This document shows positions 16,562 through 25,831 of a stretch of DNA of 64,000 nt, one piece after another. The stretch lies in contig CAVUKB010000006.1 of assembly GCA_963741955.1 (NCBI GenBank), positions 384,001 through 448,000 of the forward strand, written 5' to 3'. The position numbers and the translations under genes were made by a program. The stretch comes from an uncultured Acidobacteriota bacterium. GTDB taxonomy: Bacteria; Acidobacteriota; Thermoanaerobaculia; Gp7-AA8. How positions within the stretch are numbered: position 1 is the stretch's first letter; each line of letters starts with the position of its first letter. The notes under the pieces are model-generated. The model had not been told where the DNA came from. It saw only the letters and a program-made list of their open reading frames with translations, and made no database searches.

Positions 16562-19318
16562 ATGCAGCGGACCCGCAACATCATCCTCGCGATCTGCATC
16601 GCCGCCCTCGCCGCGTCGTCATTTGCGGCGCCACCACCGGCCGCGACCCAGGTGCCGCAGATCGACATTCCCTACACGAAGACGGTGCTCCCGAACGGCC
16701 TGACCCTTCTCGTACACGAAGACCACAAGGCACCCGTGGTCGCAGTCAACGTCTGGTACCACGTGGGATCGAAGAACGAGAAGCCGGGGCGCACCGGATT
16801 CGCACACCTCTTCGAGCACCTGATGTTCAACGGCAGCGAGAACTTCAACGACGACTACTTCAAGGTACTCGAGCGGGTCGGTGCAACCGATCTCAATGGG
16901 ACCACCAACGAGGACCGGACGAACTATTTCCAGAACGTCCCGACCTCCGCAATCGACCTGACGCTCTGGATGGAGTCGGACCGCATGGGACACCTGGTCG
17001 GTGCACTCGATCAGGCGAAGCTCGACGAGCAGCGCGGCGTCGTCCAGAACGAGAAGCGACAGGGTGATAACGAACCCTATGCCATCGCCGACGAGCTGAT
17101 TACGAAGGCCTGTTTCCCCGCCGGTCATCCCTACTCCTGGACCGTGATCGGATCGATGGAAGATCTCGATGCGGCCAGGCTCGACGACGTCAAGGAATGG
17201 TTCCGCAACTACTACGGCCCGGCCAACGCAGTGCTGGTGGTCGCGGGCGACATCGACACGAAGACCGCAGTGGAGAAAGCGACCAAGTACTTCGGCGACA
17301 TTCCGTCCGGGCCTCCGGTCGCACGATTCGAGTCGTGGGTCGCGAAGAGAAGCGGCGTGCAGCGCCAGAGCGCAACCGACCGCGTTCCCCAGGCTCGGGT
17401 CTACATGGTCTGGAACACTCCCGGATGGGGAACCGCCGATGCCACCTATCTCGATCTTCTCAGCGACGTGATGACCTCCGGAAAGAGCTCACGTCTCTAC
17501 AAGCGCCTGGTCTACGACGACCAGATCGCGACGGATGTGAACGCGTATTACGACCTCCGCGAGATCGCGGGACTCTTCGTCATTCGGGCGACTGCCCGTC
17601 CCGGTGGAGACCTCTCGAAGATCGAATCGGCGATCGACGAAGAGATGACGAAACTCCTCGCCACCGGACCGACCCAGTTCGAAGTCGACCGGGTGCGAAC
17701 CCAGAACCTCGCATCGTTCATCCGCGGCGCCGAAAGAATTGGCGGCTTCGGCGGAAAGAGCGACATCCTCGCCCGGAGCCAGGTCTTCGGCGGAAGTCCG
17801 GATGCCTACAGAGCTTCGCTGCAGCGCGTCGCGACGGCGACGCCGGCGAACCTCCTCGAAGCCGGAAAGAAGTGGCTCTCCGACGGCGTGTACATCCTCG
17901 ACATCACGCCGTTCCCGAAGTACACCACGGCGAGCGAGGGTGCCGACCGCAAGACCATGCCGAAGACGGGCGAGCCTCCTTCGCCTGCGTTTCCGAAGAT
18001 GGAGCGAGCCACGCTTCCGAACGGTATGAAGCTCATCGTCGCCGAGCGGCACACCGTCCCCACGGTCAACCTGATGCTGATGCTGGACGCCGGATACGCC
18101 GCTGATCAGTCGGCGACGCCCGGAACCGCGAGCCTGGCGATGGACATGCTCGACGAAGGGACGAAGACCCATTCGGCGCTGGAGATCAGCGATCAGCTGG
18201 CGATGCTCGGCGCGACGCTGAGAACCGGCTCCGATCTCGACGAGTCGGTGGTCCGGATGTCGGCGCTCTCGAGCAACCTCGATCCGTCGCTGGCGATCTT
18301 CAGTGACGTGATCCTCAATCCTGCGTTTCCGCAGGCCGACTTCGAACGTCTCCAGAAGCAGCAGATCGCGATGATCCAGAGGGAAAAGGCGCAGCCCATC
18401 CCGATGGGACTCCGAGTCTTCCCGAAAATCCTCTACGGCGTAGATCACGCGTACGGCAACCCGCTCACCGGATCGGGTACCGAGGCCTCGGTCGCCGCGA
18501 TGAAACGAAGCGATCTCGAGACGTTCCACCGCAACTGGTTCCGCCCGAACAACGCGACGCTGGTGGTCGTGGGCGACACCACACTCGCCGCGATCCAGCC
18601 GAAGATCCAAAAGCTCTTCTCCGGTTGGAAGAGTGGCGACGTTCCGAAGAAACACATCGGGACCGTTTCTCTCGCGCCTGCCCAGGCGGTCTATCTGATC
18701 GACAAACCGGGCGCTCAGCAGTCGATCGTTTTCGCCGGCCACGTCTCACTGCCGAAGGCGAATCCCCACGAGATCGCGATCGAGACGATGAACACGGTTC
18801 TCGGAGGAGCGTTCATCTCGCGCCTCAACATGAACCTCCGGGAAGACAAACACTGGTCCTATGGCGCCGGAAGCTTCCTCTGGGGTGCCCGGGGACAACG
18901 GCCGTTCATCGCGTATTCGCCGGTGCAGACCGACAAGACGAAGGAGTCGATGATGGAGATCAGCAAAGAGCTGAACGACATCACCTCGACCCGCCCGGTG
19001 ACGAACGACGAAGTCGCGATGGCCCAGTCCAACCTGATCCTGCAGCTTCCGGGGTCGTGGGAGACATCCGGCGAAGTGCTCAATGCGATCGGTGATCTGG
19101 TTCGCTACGGTCTCCCCGACGACTATTACGCGACTTATCCCGGGGCGGTGAAGGCGCTCACTCAGAAGGAAGTCGCTGCGGCAGCCGGCGAGGCGATTCA
19201 TCCGAAGAGTCTCGTCTGGGTGGTGGTCGGCGACCGCGAAAAGATCGAGAAGGGGATCCGCGAGCTCGGGTATGGCGAGATCCACGTCATCGACGCGGAC
19301 GGAAACCCCGTGAAGTAA
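16562..19318 (+). CDS. M16 family zinc metallopeptidase (pitrilysin-like, secreted)
   Basis: Signal peptide; GFAHLFEHLMF (HxxEH); duplicated M16 halves. Confidence 0.93.
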   Translation: MQRTRNIILAICIAALAASSFAAPPPAATQVPQIDIPYTKTVLPNGLTLLVHEDHKAPVVAVNVWYHVGSKNEKPGRTGFAHLFEHLMFNGSENFNDDYFKVLERVGATDLNGTTNEDRTNYFQNVPTSAIDLTLWMESDRMGHLVGALDQAKLDEQRGVVQNEKRQGDNEPYAIADELITKACFPAGHPYSWTVIGSMEDLDAARLDDVKEWFRNYYGPANAVLVVAGDIDTKTAVEKATKYFGDIPSGPPVARFESWVAKRSGVQRQSATDRVPQARVYMVWNTPGWGTADATYLDLLSDVMTSGKSSRLYKRLVYDDQIATDVNAYYDLREIAGLFVIRATARPGGDLSKIESAIDEEMTKLLATGPTQFEVDRVRTQNLASFIRGAERIGGFGGKSDILARSQVFGGSPDAYRASLQRVATATPANLLEAGKKWLSDGVYILDITPFPKYTTASEGADRKTMPKTGEPPSPAFPKMERATLPNGMKLIVAERHTVPTVNLMLMLDAGYAADQSATPGTASLAMDMLDEGTKTHSALEISDQLAMLGATLRTGSDLDESVVRMSALSSNLDPSLAIFSDVILNPAFPQADFERLQKQQIAMIQREKAQPIPMGLRVFPKILYGVDHAYGNPLTGSGTEASVAAMKRSDLETFHRNWFRPNNATLVVVGDTTLAAIQPKIQKLFSGWKSGDVPKKHIGTVSLAPAQAVYLIDKPGAQQSIVFAGHVSLPKANPHEIAIETMNTVLGGAFISRLNMNLREDKHWSYGAGSFLWGARGQRPFIAYSPVQTDKTKESMMEISKELNDITSTRPVTNDEVAMAQSNLILQLPGSWETSGEVLNAIGDLVRYGLPDDYYATYPGAVKALTQKEVAAAAGEAIHPKSLVWVVVGDREKIEKGIRELGYGEIHVIDADGNPVK

Positions 19319-19334
19319 CCGACGAGATCCGATG

Positions 19335-19375
19335 AAAAAGAAAGGGCGCCGCATCACGCGGCGCCCTTTTCGTTT
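19335..19375. terminator. Bidirectional intrinsic terminator
   Basis: aaagggcgccgc-atcac-gcggcgcccttt flanked by A and T tracts between convergent genes. Confidence 0.88.
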
Positions 19376-19377
19376 CG

Positions 19378-22300
19378 CTACTGTTTCGACATGTCTGGAG
19401 GAGGTGGAACCACCAGCTTCTTCGGCGGATTCGCCTCGAGCTCCTTCATCAGAACCTCGACCGCCTTCTCGAGACTCGGATCCTTTCCGGCCACGACGAG
19501 CTCCGGCCGGTCGACCACTTCGATGTCCGGATCCACACCGTGATCCTCCACCGTCCAGGCGCCCTCGGTGTCGAGGATGCGGAACGTCGGAACCAGCACG
19601 GTTCCTCCGTCCATCAGATCGGCGTTGCCCGAAAGTCCGATCAGTCCACCCCAGGTGCGCGTACCGATCACCTTTCCGAGCTTCAGCTTCTTGAAATAGT
19701 AGGGGAACGCATCGCCGCCGGACGAGGAATAGCCGTTGATCAGCACCGCCTTCGGGCCGACGTTCGCAAAGCCGGGAGTCCTGATCGGCTCCACGCCGCG
19801 AACCACCCAGTAGTTCAGCAGCGGACGGTCGAGCAGTTCGATCATCCGATCCGGGATGAACCCACCGCCGTTGTACCGATCGTCGATGATCAGCGCGTCC
19901 TTGTTCGCCTGAGGGAAGAAATGCTTGAACAGCTCACGGTTCCCTTCGACGGCGGTATCCGGGATGTGGATGTACCCGATGCGACCACCGGAGAGCTCGT
20001 CCACCAGTTTCTGCCGCGAGGTCACCCAGGCGAGATAGCGGAGGTGCCCCTCGTATTTGATGGGACGGATGATCTCGTCGTGTCCGGTGGCCGGATCAGG
20101 AGTCGAGCCGACACGGAGGGTCACCAGGCGGTTCGCCTTGTTCTCCAGGAGGCTGTAGAAATTCTCGACTCCCTTCGTCGACACGCCGTCGACGGCGAGA
20201 ATCAGATCGCCTTCCTTCACCTTCACACCGGGCTCGGTGAGCGGTGAGCGATACTCGGGGCTCCAGTTCTCCCCGGGGAAAATCTTCGTGATCCGGAAAT
20301 ACCCCGAGCCCGAGGGATCCGCATCGACGTTGGCGCCGAGGAGCGCGCCATCCTTGCGCGGAATCTGCCAGTCGTCGGAAGTCTGGATGTAGACGTGGCC
20401 GGAGACGAGCTCTCCACCGAGCTCCCCGAGGATGTAATCGAGATCGGATCGATGCGCGACGAAGGCAACCAGTGGCTCGTACTTCTTCCGCATCGCGGCC
20501 CAGTCGATACCGTGCATATTCGGGTCGTAGAACCAGTCACGGAACGTCCGCCATGCGTCGACGAACTCCTCGGACCATTCCGCACGCGGGACGATCTTCA
20601 TTTCGAGATGAGCGAGGTCGAGGTGGTCTCCGCTCTTCTGCCCCGGTTTGGCGTCGACGATGCCGTAGTCGTCGCCGGTGGAGTAGATCAGCTTTTCCCC
20701 CCCTGCGGCGAGGTCCCAGGCCTGGATGCCGGAGAGTACGGTCTCACTCTTTTTCCCCTCCAGGTCGTAGAACTTCAGCTCCGCAGCCGCTCCTTCTCCC
20801 TTGATGAAGAAGACGCCCTTGTCGTTGGCGGCGAGAGCGCGATACTGATCCGACTCACTCGGGATGGCGCGGACGCGCGACTCGAAGCCCGCGACGTCGA
20901 TCTTCACATCGGGAGTCGAGGAGGTCTTCGCGTCCTTCTTCTTTTCGTCCTTCTTTCCGGACTCTGCGCTCGTGTCGCTTGCAGGCTTTTCTTCGTCGTT
21001 GGTCGGAAGGAGAAGCGCCGGCCCGTCGGCGGCGAGAAGACCCACGTAAACGCGGGTCGGCTTCGTGTAGAGATAGTTGAACTCGTAACCGCTGAACGTC
21101 AGATTGAAGTCGCGGTTCGAAAGAAAGTAGAGATAGCGCCCTTTCGGATCGAACACCGGCGAGTAATCGTCGGTCCGTCCATCCGTCAGCGCGTACGACT
21201 TCGCGTCCTTCAATGAGTAGACGCGGATCGTCGAGAGCCGGGTCGGCCCGACGTCGGTGTATGCGATCCACTTCGAGTCGGGGGACCACTGATACTGATC
21301 GATGTCCGCGTATTTGCCTTTGTCGACATCCACGATCTTCCCGTTGCCGCTGTCGACGTAGTGGAGCGTCGCGTTCTTGTCCGCGAAAGCGAGATAGCGG
21401 CTGTCCGGAGACCAGAGTGGGGCAGTCTTCCAGACGTGACCGTTCGAGGTCACCTGCCGCTCGGCGCCGCTGCCGTCGGCGTTACGGACGTAGATCTCGT
21501 ACTCGCCGGTGCGATCGCTCAGATACGCGATCAGGCGCCCGTCAGGGGACCAGGAGGCGTCGAGCTCGCGGATTCCGGGCGTCGCGGTGAGATTACGGAT
21601 CTCCCCTTCCTTGGCCGGGACGGTGAATACGTCACCTCGCGCGTCGAACAGTGCGCGAGCGCCGGACGGCGAGATGGAGAAGGAATGGACCTCGTCCTTC
21701 ACGTTCTTGAAGTACGGGACGGTCCCGGGAAGGTCTCCGTAAACGCGGATCGGAACGCGAACGTCTTCTCCCGTCGACGGATCGAAACGCCAGACGTAGC
21801 CGCCGGCCTCGTAGACGACCCGGCGCCCATCGCTGCTCGGCCAGAGAACGTCCCAGTCATCGTGATGCGTGGCCTTGGTCGTTGCGCCGGTCGCCGGTGA
21901 GTAGGAGTAGAGATTGAGGGTGTGCTCGCGGTCGGACGTGAACTCGATGGTTCCGTCGGCGAGCCACACCGGCTGGTTGTCGGTGCCGACCCAGTTGGTG
22001 ATCTGTTTCGACGAGTGGTTCTTCAGATCGTAGATCCACACGTCCTGAGCGCGACCGCCACGATAGTGCTTCCAGGTCCGGAACTCGCGCTCGATCGGCG
22101 TATAGACGATCTTCGTGCCGTCCGGCGACATGACCCCGCCTCCTGCTTCAGGAATCTCGAGCGGAGTCTCCATTCCTCCGGTGGCCGGGACGGTATAGAA
22201 CGTCGCCATCCGTTCGCCGAACGGCAACCGATGGGCGAGGAAGAGAACCGACTTCCCGTCGGGAGTCCAGCCGACGACGCGGTTGTCCACGCCGCCGCGC

Positions 22301-22647
22301 GGCGGCATCGGGCCGACGTCGTTGTAGTACGTGAGCTGGCGCGGCTGTCCGCCGTCGACGCTGATCACGTAAACCTGGCGCGTGCCGTTGTAGTCCCCGA
22401 CGAACGCGATCGACTTTCCGTCGGGCGAGAACTTGGGGAAGAGCTCGAGGCCGGGATGGGATGTGAGTCTGCGGGCGGTGCCTCCGTCCGCACCGACTAC
22501 CCAGATGTCGCCCGCGTAGACGAACGCGATCGTGTCACCGTGGATGTCGGGATAACGGAGGAGTCGTGTCAGGTCGTCCTGCGCGAAAAGCGCAGTGGCC
22601 ATGACGAGAGCCAGGAAACCGATGAAGAGGCTTCTAATTGAACGCAT
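19378..22647 (-). CDS. Tricorn-type S41 peptidase
   Basis: LLRYPDIHGD, propeller repeats, PDZ region, GYIHIPD, DDRYNGGG, SSSGGD, GTRTWGG; RBS AGGAG before ATG 22647. Confidence 0.93.
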   Translation of the reverse strand: MRSIRSLFIGFLALVMATALFAQDDLTRLLRYPDIHGDTIAFVYAGDIWVVGADGGTARRLTSHPGLELFPKFSPDGKSIAFVGDYNGTRQVYVISVDGGQPRQLTYYNDVGPMPPRGGVDNRVVGWTPDGKSVLFLAHRLPFGERMATFYTVPATGGMETPLEIPEAGGGVMSPDGTKIVYTPIEREFRTWKHYRGGRAQDVWIYDLKNHSSKQITNWVGTDNQPVWLADGTIEFTSDREHTLNLYSYSPATGATTKATHHDDWDVLWPSSDGRRVVYEAGGYVWRFDPSTGEDVRVPIRVYGDLPGTVPYFKNVKDEVHSFSISPSGARALFDARGDVFTVPAKEGEIRNLTATPGIRELDASWSPDGRLIAYLSDRTGEYEIYVRNADGSGAERQVTSNGHVWKTAPLWSPDSRYLAFADKNATLHYVDSGNGKIVDVDKGKYADIDQYQWSPDSKWIAYTDVGPTRLSTIRVYSLKDAKSYALTDGRTDDYSPVFDPKGRYLYFLSNRDFNLTFSGYEFNYLYTKPTRVYVGLLAADGPALLLPTNDEEKPASDTSAESGKKDEKKKDAKTSSTPDVKIDVAGFESRVRAIPSESDQYRALAANDKGVFFIKGEGAAAELKFYDLEGKKSETVLSGIQAWDLAAGGEKLIYSTGDDYGIVDAKPGQKSGDHLDLAHLEMKIVPRAEWSEEFVDAWRTFRDWFYDPNMHGIDWAAMRKKYEPLVAFVAHRSDLDYILGELGGELVSGHVYIQTSDDWQIPRKDGALLGANVDADPSGSGYFRITKIFPGENWSPEYRSPLTEPGVKVKEGDLILAVDGVSTKGVENFYSLLENKANRLVTLRVGSTPDPATGHDEIIRPIKYEGHLRYLAWVTSRQKLVDELSGGRIGYIHIPDTAVEGNRELFKHFFPQANKDALIIDDRYNGGGFIPDRMIELLDRPLLNYWVVRGVEPIRTPGFANVGPKAVLINGYSSSGGDAFPYYFKKLKLGKVIGTRTWGGLIGLSGNADLMDGGTVLVPTFRILDTEGAWTVEDHGVDPDIEVVDRPELVVAGKDPSLEKAVEVLMKELEANPPKKLVVPPPPDMSKQ

Positions 22648-22862
22648 GAAACTCCTTTCTGACGCCGGACGACCGTCGGACGGCCGCACGGCGGGACCGG
22701 TGCTTTCTTCTGACCGAAGGACCGGATGACGATGATCCGGGCGGATGCGCTGATCCTATTTCGGTGCGAGGGCGCAATCCAGCCGGAGTACCGTTCGCTG
22801 GCAACAGTTTTCGGATTCACAACAATCCGAGGGATGGCGGAAGGCGGAAATCGTTTCCGCCC

Positions 22863-22890
22863 GTGGAGTGCGGATTCTCAATCCGCCGCG
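22863..22890 (+). repeat. Single REP-like hairpin
   Basis: gtggagtgcggattctcaatccgccgcg; near-identical reverse-complement copy at 54039-54066. Confidence 0.75.
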
Positions 22891-23022
22891 CGTATTGCGG
22901 CGCGCTCGAAACTCGACCCTGACCGCCGTCTTCGCCAGAAGCACAGCCGTCTTCACGTGTGGGTTGCGAGTGAGTCGGTACTCCTCGAACGATGACGCCC
23001 TCCGCCGTCCGCCGTCCGGGGA

Positions 23023-24339
23023 TCACTTTCGCACGTACACCGTTCCTTCTTTCATCACGAAGATCGGACGCTGCGTAGCGGTGATGTCGCGGGTCGGATC
23101 GCCGGGAACTGCGACGATGTCCGCAGATTTCCCCTTCTCCAGTGAGCCGGTGATGTCGTTGATCCCGAGAAGCTTCGACGCTTCCCAGGTCGCTGCCCGA
23201 AGCGCTGCGGCGGGCTCCATTCCGTACTTCGTCATCAGGACGAACTCCCGTGCGTTGATGCCGTGAGGCGAGACGGCCGAATCGGTACCGAACGCGATCG
23301 GCACGCCAATTTTCACGGCGTTCCGAAACATCTCCGTGGCCGCCGCCGCGGCCGCTCGTGCTTTCGCCGCGATGGTCGGCGGGAACTTGTCCGCATGGGT
23401 GCCGACGGTGTCGACTGCGAGAAGTGTGGGGACGAGATACACGCCCTTTTCCTTCATCAAACGTAGCGTGTCGGGCTGGAGAAAGGAGCCGTGCTCGATG
23501 GAATCGACACCGGCGGCGATGGCCATCCGCGCGGCCTGATCTCCATGGCAGTGGGCTGCAGCCTTTCTCCCCCAGGCGTGGGCTTCGCTCACGATCGCGT
23601 TCATCTCTTCCTGGGTCAGCTGCGGGTTCTGGACGGGATCGGAGAGCGAGAGAACGCCGCCGGACGGCATGAACTTGATCACGTCGGCGCCGTACTTGAT
23701 CTGGTAGCGAACCGCGGCCCGGCACTCATCCGCTCCGTTGCAGACTCCTTCGACCGGCCCGAGCGGCTTGATCTCTGCCGGGGGATAAGGCGCCTGGTCA
23801 GCGTGACCACCGGTCGATCCGATGGCGTGAATGGCCACGAGCATTCGGGGGCCGGGAACGATCCCGTCCCGGATGGCATTGCGCAGACCGACATCCAGAT
23901 AATCGCGCGAGCCGACGTCGCGGACGGTGGTGAATCCCGCGTCGAGAACTTTCTTCGCGTATGACGCGGCGTAGTGAGCCTGTTCCGTGGGGAATCGCAT
24001 CACTTCCTGATAGAAGTCGCGGTACCAGTCGTCCGAAGCCTCTCCAGTGAGGTGAGTGTGCGAGTCGATGAATCCGGGGAGGATCGTCGCGTCCCCGAGG
24101 TCGACCACTTCGGCATTCGCGGGGATGGGAAGACGCGATCCCGCGTCGACGATCTTCCGTCCCTCGACGATCACCACTCCATCGGGGACGATGGTTCCGC
24201 GTTGCGAATCGAACATCCGTGCGGCGCGAATCGCGGTCACCGACGGAGTGGTCGGTGCCGTCGCGTCCGGACCACTCCGGGCGATGGCCGCGGAGACGAA
24301 CAGCAGTAAGAATCCAACCAGAGTGAACGGACGTCGCAT
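23023..24339 (-). CDS. Secreted metal-dependent amidohydrolase (Xaa-Pro dipeptidase-like)
   Basis: PGFIDSHTH, GFTTVRDVG, GADVIK, AAHCHG, SIEHG, FGTDS; RBS GAGGAGG. Confidence 0.9.
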   Translation of the reverse strand: MRRPFTLVGFLLLFVSAAIARSGPDATAPTTPSVTAIRAARMFDSQRGTIVPDGVVIVEGRKIVDAGSRLPIPANAEVVDLGDATILPGFIDSHTHLTGEASDDWYRDFYQEVMRFPTEQAHYAASYAKKVLDAGFTTVRDVGSRDYLDVGLRNAIRDGIVPGPRMLVAIHAIGSTGGHADQAPYPPAEIKPLGPVEGVCNGADECRAAVRYQIKYGADVIKFMPSGGVLSLSDPVQNPQLTQEEMNAIVSEAHAWGRKAAAHCHGDQAARMAIAAGVDSIEHGSFLQPDTLRLMKEKGVYLVPTLLAVDTVGTHADKFPPTIAAKARAAAAAATEMFRNAVKIGVPIAFGTDSAVSPHGINAREFVLMTKYGMEPAAALRAATWEASKLLGINDITGSLEKGKSADIVAVPGDPTRDITATQRPIFVMKEGTVYVRK

Positions 24340-24536
24340 GCGAAGGTGCCTCCTCGATCGATGTTCGTGATGCCGCGTCGCCTCCCCCGGCATCCTGCGG
24401 GGTGCAAAACTGGTTGATTCTACCCGGATTTCCTCCGCACTCCGCGAAAGCCTTATCGAACGATAGTTGGAACCCTATCCGTCGGCCAATGTCTCGCAAT
24501 GACCGACGCGTCTATATTGGCCGTCGGGTCGAGCCA

Positions 24537-24833
24537 ATGTCGGAGCGAAGAAGAATCCCCCGCCATCCGATCCAGGTCCCGGTCGACCTGGACGAAGCAT
24601 CAGCCCAGACCAGAGACATCAGCGCCGGCGGGCTGTATCTTTACACCGATGTCGATCTCCGTCCGGGGTCAGAGATTCATTTTTCGCTCGTCTTTCCCAA
24701 TACCCCTTCTTCATTCGGCCATTTTCGGTGTGTCGGACACGTGCTGCGCGTCGAGGATGCGAACGAAAAGATCGGAGTGGCGCTCACCATCGACGACATC
24801 TGGTTCGAACGGGACGACGGCAGGGGACATTGA
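24537..24833 (+). CDS. Stand-alone PilZ domain protein
   Basis: ERRRIPR (RxxxR) and DISAGG (DxSxxG). Confidence 0.85.
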   Translation: MSERRRIPRHPIQVPVDLDEASAQTRDISAGGLYLYTDVDLRPGSEIHFSLVFPNTPSSFGHFRCVGHVLRVEDANEKIGVALTIDDIWFERDDGRGH

Positions 24834-24924
24834 TAACTCGGATCCCAAGAGGACTCGGAAGGACAACGGGTTCCTCGGTCCGGGGCGTTGTGACTGAGGT
24901 GGGGCTGTAGGACGGGGCTGCAGA

Positions 24925-24952
24925 CGGGGGCGCTTCGGCGCCCCCGGTTGTT
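24925..24952 (+). terminator. GC hairpin, probable terminator
   Basis: cgggggcgc-TTCG-gcgcccccg followed by gttgtt. Confidence 0.65.
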
Positions 24953-25191
24953 CGTCGGAATCAGACGAAAATCCAGAATCGCGAACAAAACCGAAACGGC
25001 GCAACCGACCAGGTCTACGCCTGCGATTCAGGAAAGCGGGACCGGTGCAGGTTCCGTCGCTCCATATGTCCTGGTCTGAATTCCGATGGAGAAAGCGACG
25101 TTCTCGACGGCTTGTCGATCAGGAACGGTGTGGAGAGCGTCGCGATCTCGAGTCTCGATTGTGCAACCCCATTCTGGAGCGCTCGTCTTCT

Positions 25192-25830
25192 TCAGGCCAG
25201 ACCCTTCTCACGCGCGTAGACCATCAGCTCCATCCGGCCGTTCACCTTCAGCTTCTCGTACACCGAATGGAGGTGCATCTTCACCGTTCCTTCGGTGATG
25301 AAGAGTTTCTCCGCGATCATCCGATTTCTCATCCCGGTGCTCACCATCCGGATGATCTCGAGCTCGCGCGGCGTGAGAACGGAACGGGCGAGTACCATCC
25401 CCTCTTCGCGCTTCATCAGGCGTTCGAGAGCCTTCCCTACCGACCCCTTCTCGAGCCACTGTCCTCCGGCGTTCACCTTTCGGACGCATTCGATCAGGAG
25501 GCGCGGAGCCATTTCCTTCAGCACCACCCCTTTCGCTCCGAGCCGGATCGCTTCGAGGACCTCTTCTTCATTCAGCGCGGCGGTCAGAAGGACGACTTTC
25601 GTGGTCAGCTTGTCGCGCTTCATCTGTCTGAGGACCGCGAGCCCGTCCTTCTTCGGCATCTTGATGTCGAGGATCACCACGTCGGCGTCGACCCGGTGAA
25701 GTGCGTCGAGCACCTGTTCGCCGTCGATGCAGCGGGCCACGATCTCGAATTCGTCGTAGTCCTCGAAAAGCTGTTCGAGGCCGTTGAGGACGATCGGATG
25801 ATCGTCGGCAATGATCAGTCGAATTGCCAT
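25192..25830 (-). CDS. NarL/LuxR family response regulator
   Basis: IADDHPIV, LDIKMP, LTPRELEI...TVKMHLHSVYEKL. Confidence 0.93.
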   Translation of the reverse strand: MAIRLIIADDHPIVLNGLEQLFEDYDEFEIVARCIDGEQVLDALHRVDADVVILDIKMPKKDGLAVLRQMKRDKLTTKVVLLTAALNEEEVLEAIRLGAKGVVLKEMAPRLLIECVRKVNAGGQWLEKGSVGKALERLMKREEGMVLARSVLTPRELEIIRMVSTGMRNRMIAEKLFITEGTVKMHLHSVYEKLKVNGRMELMVYAREKGLA

Positions 25831-25831
25831 G

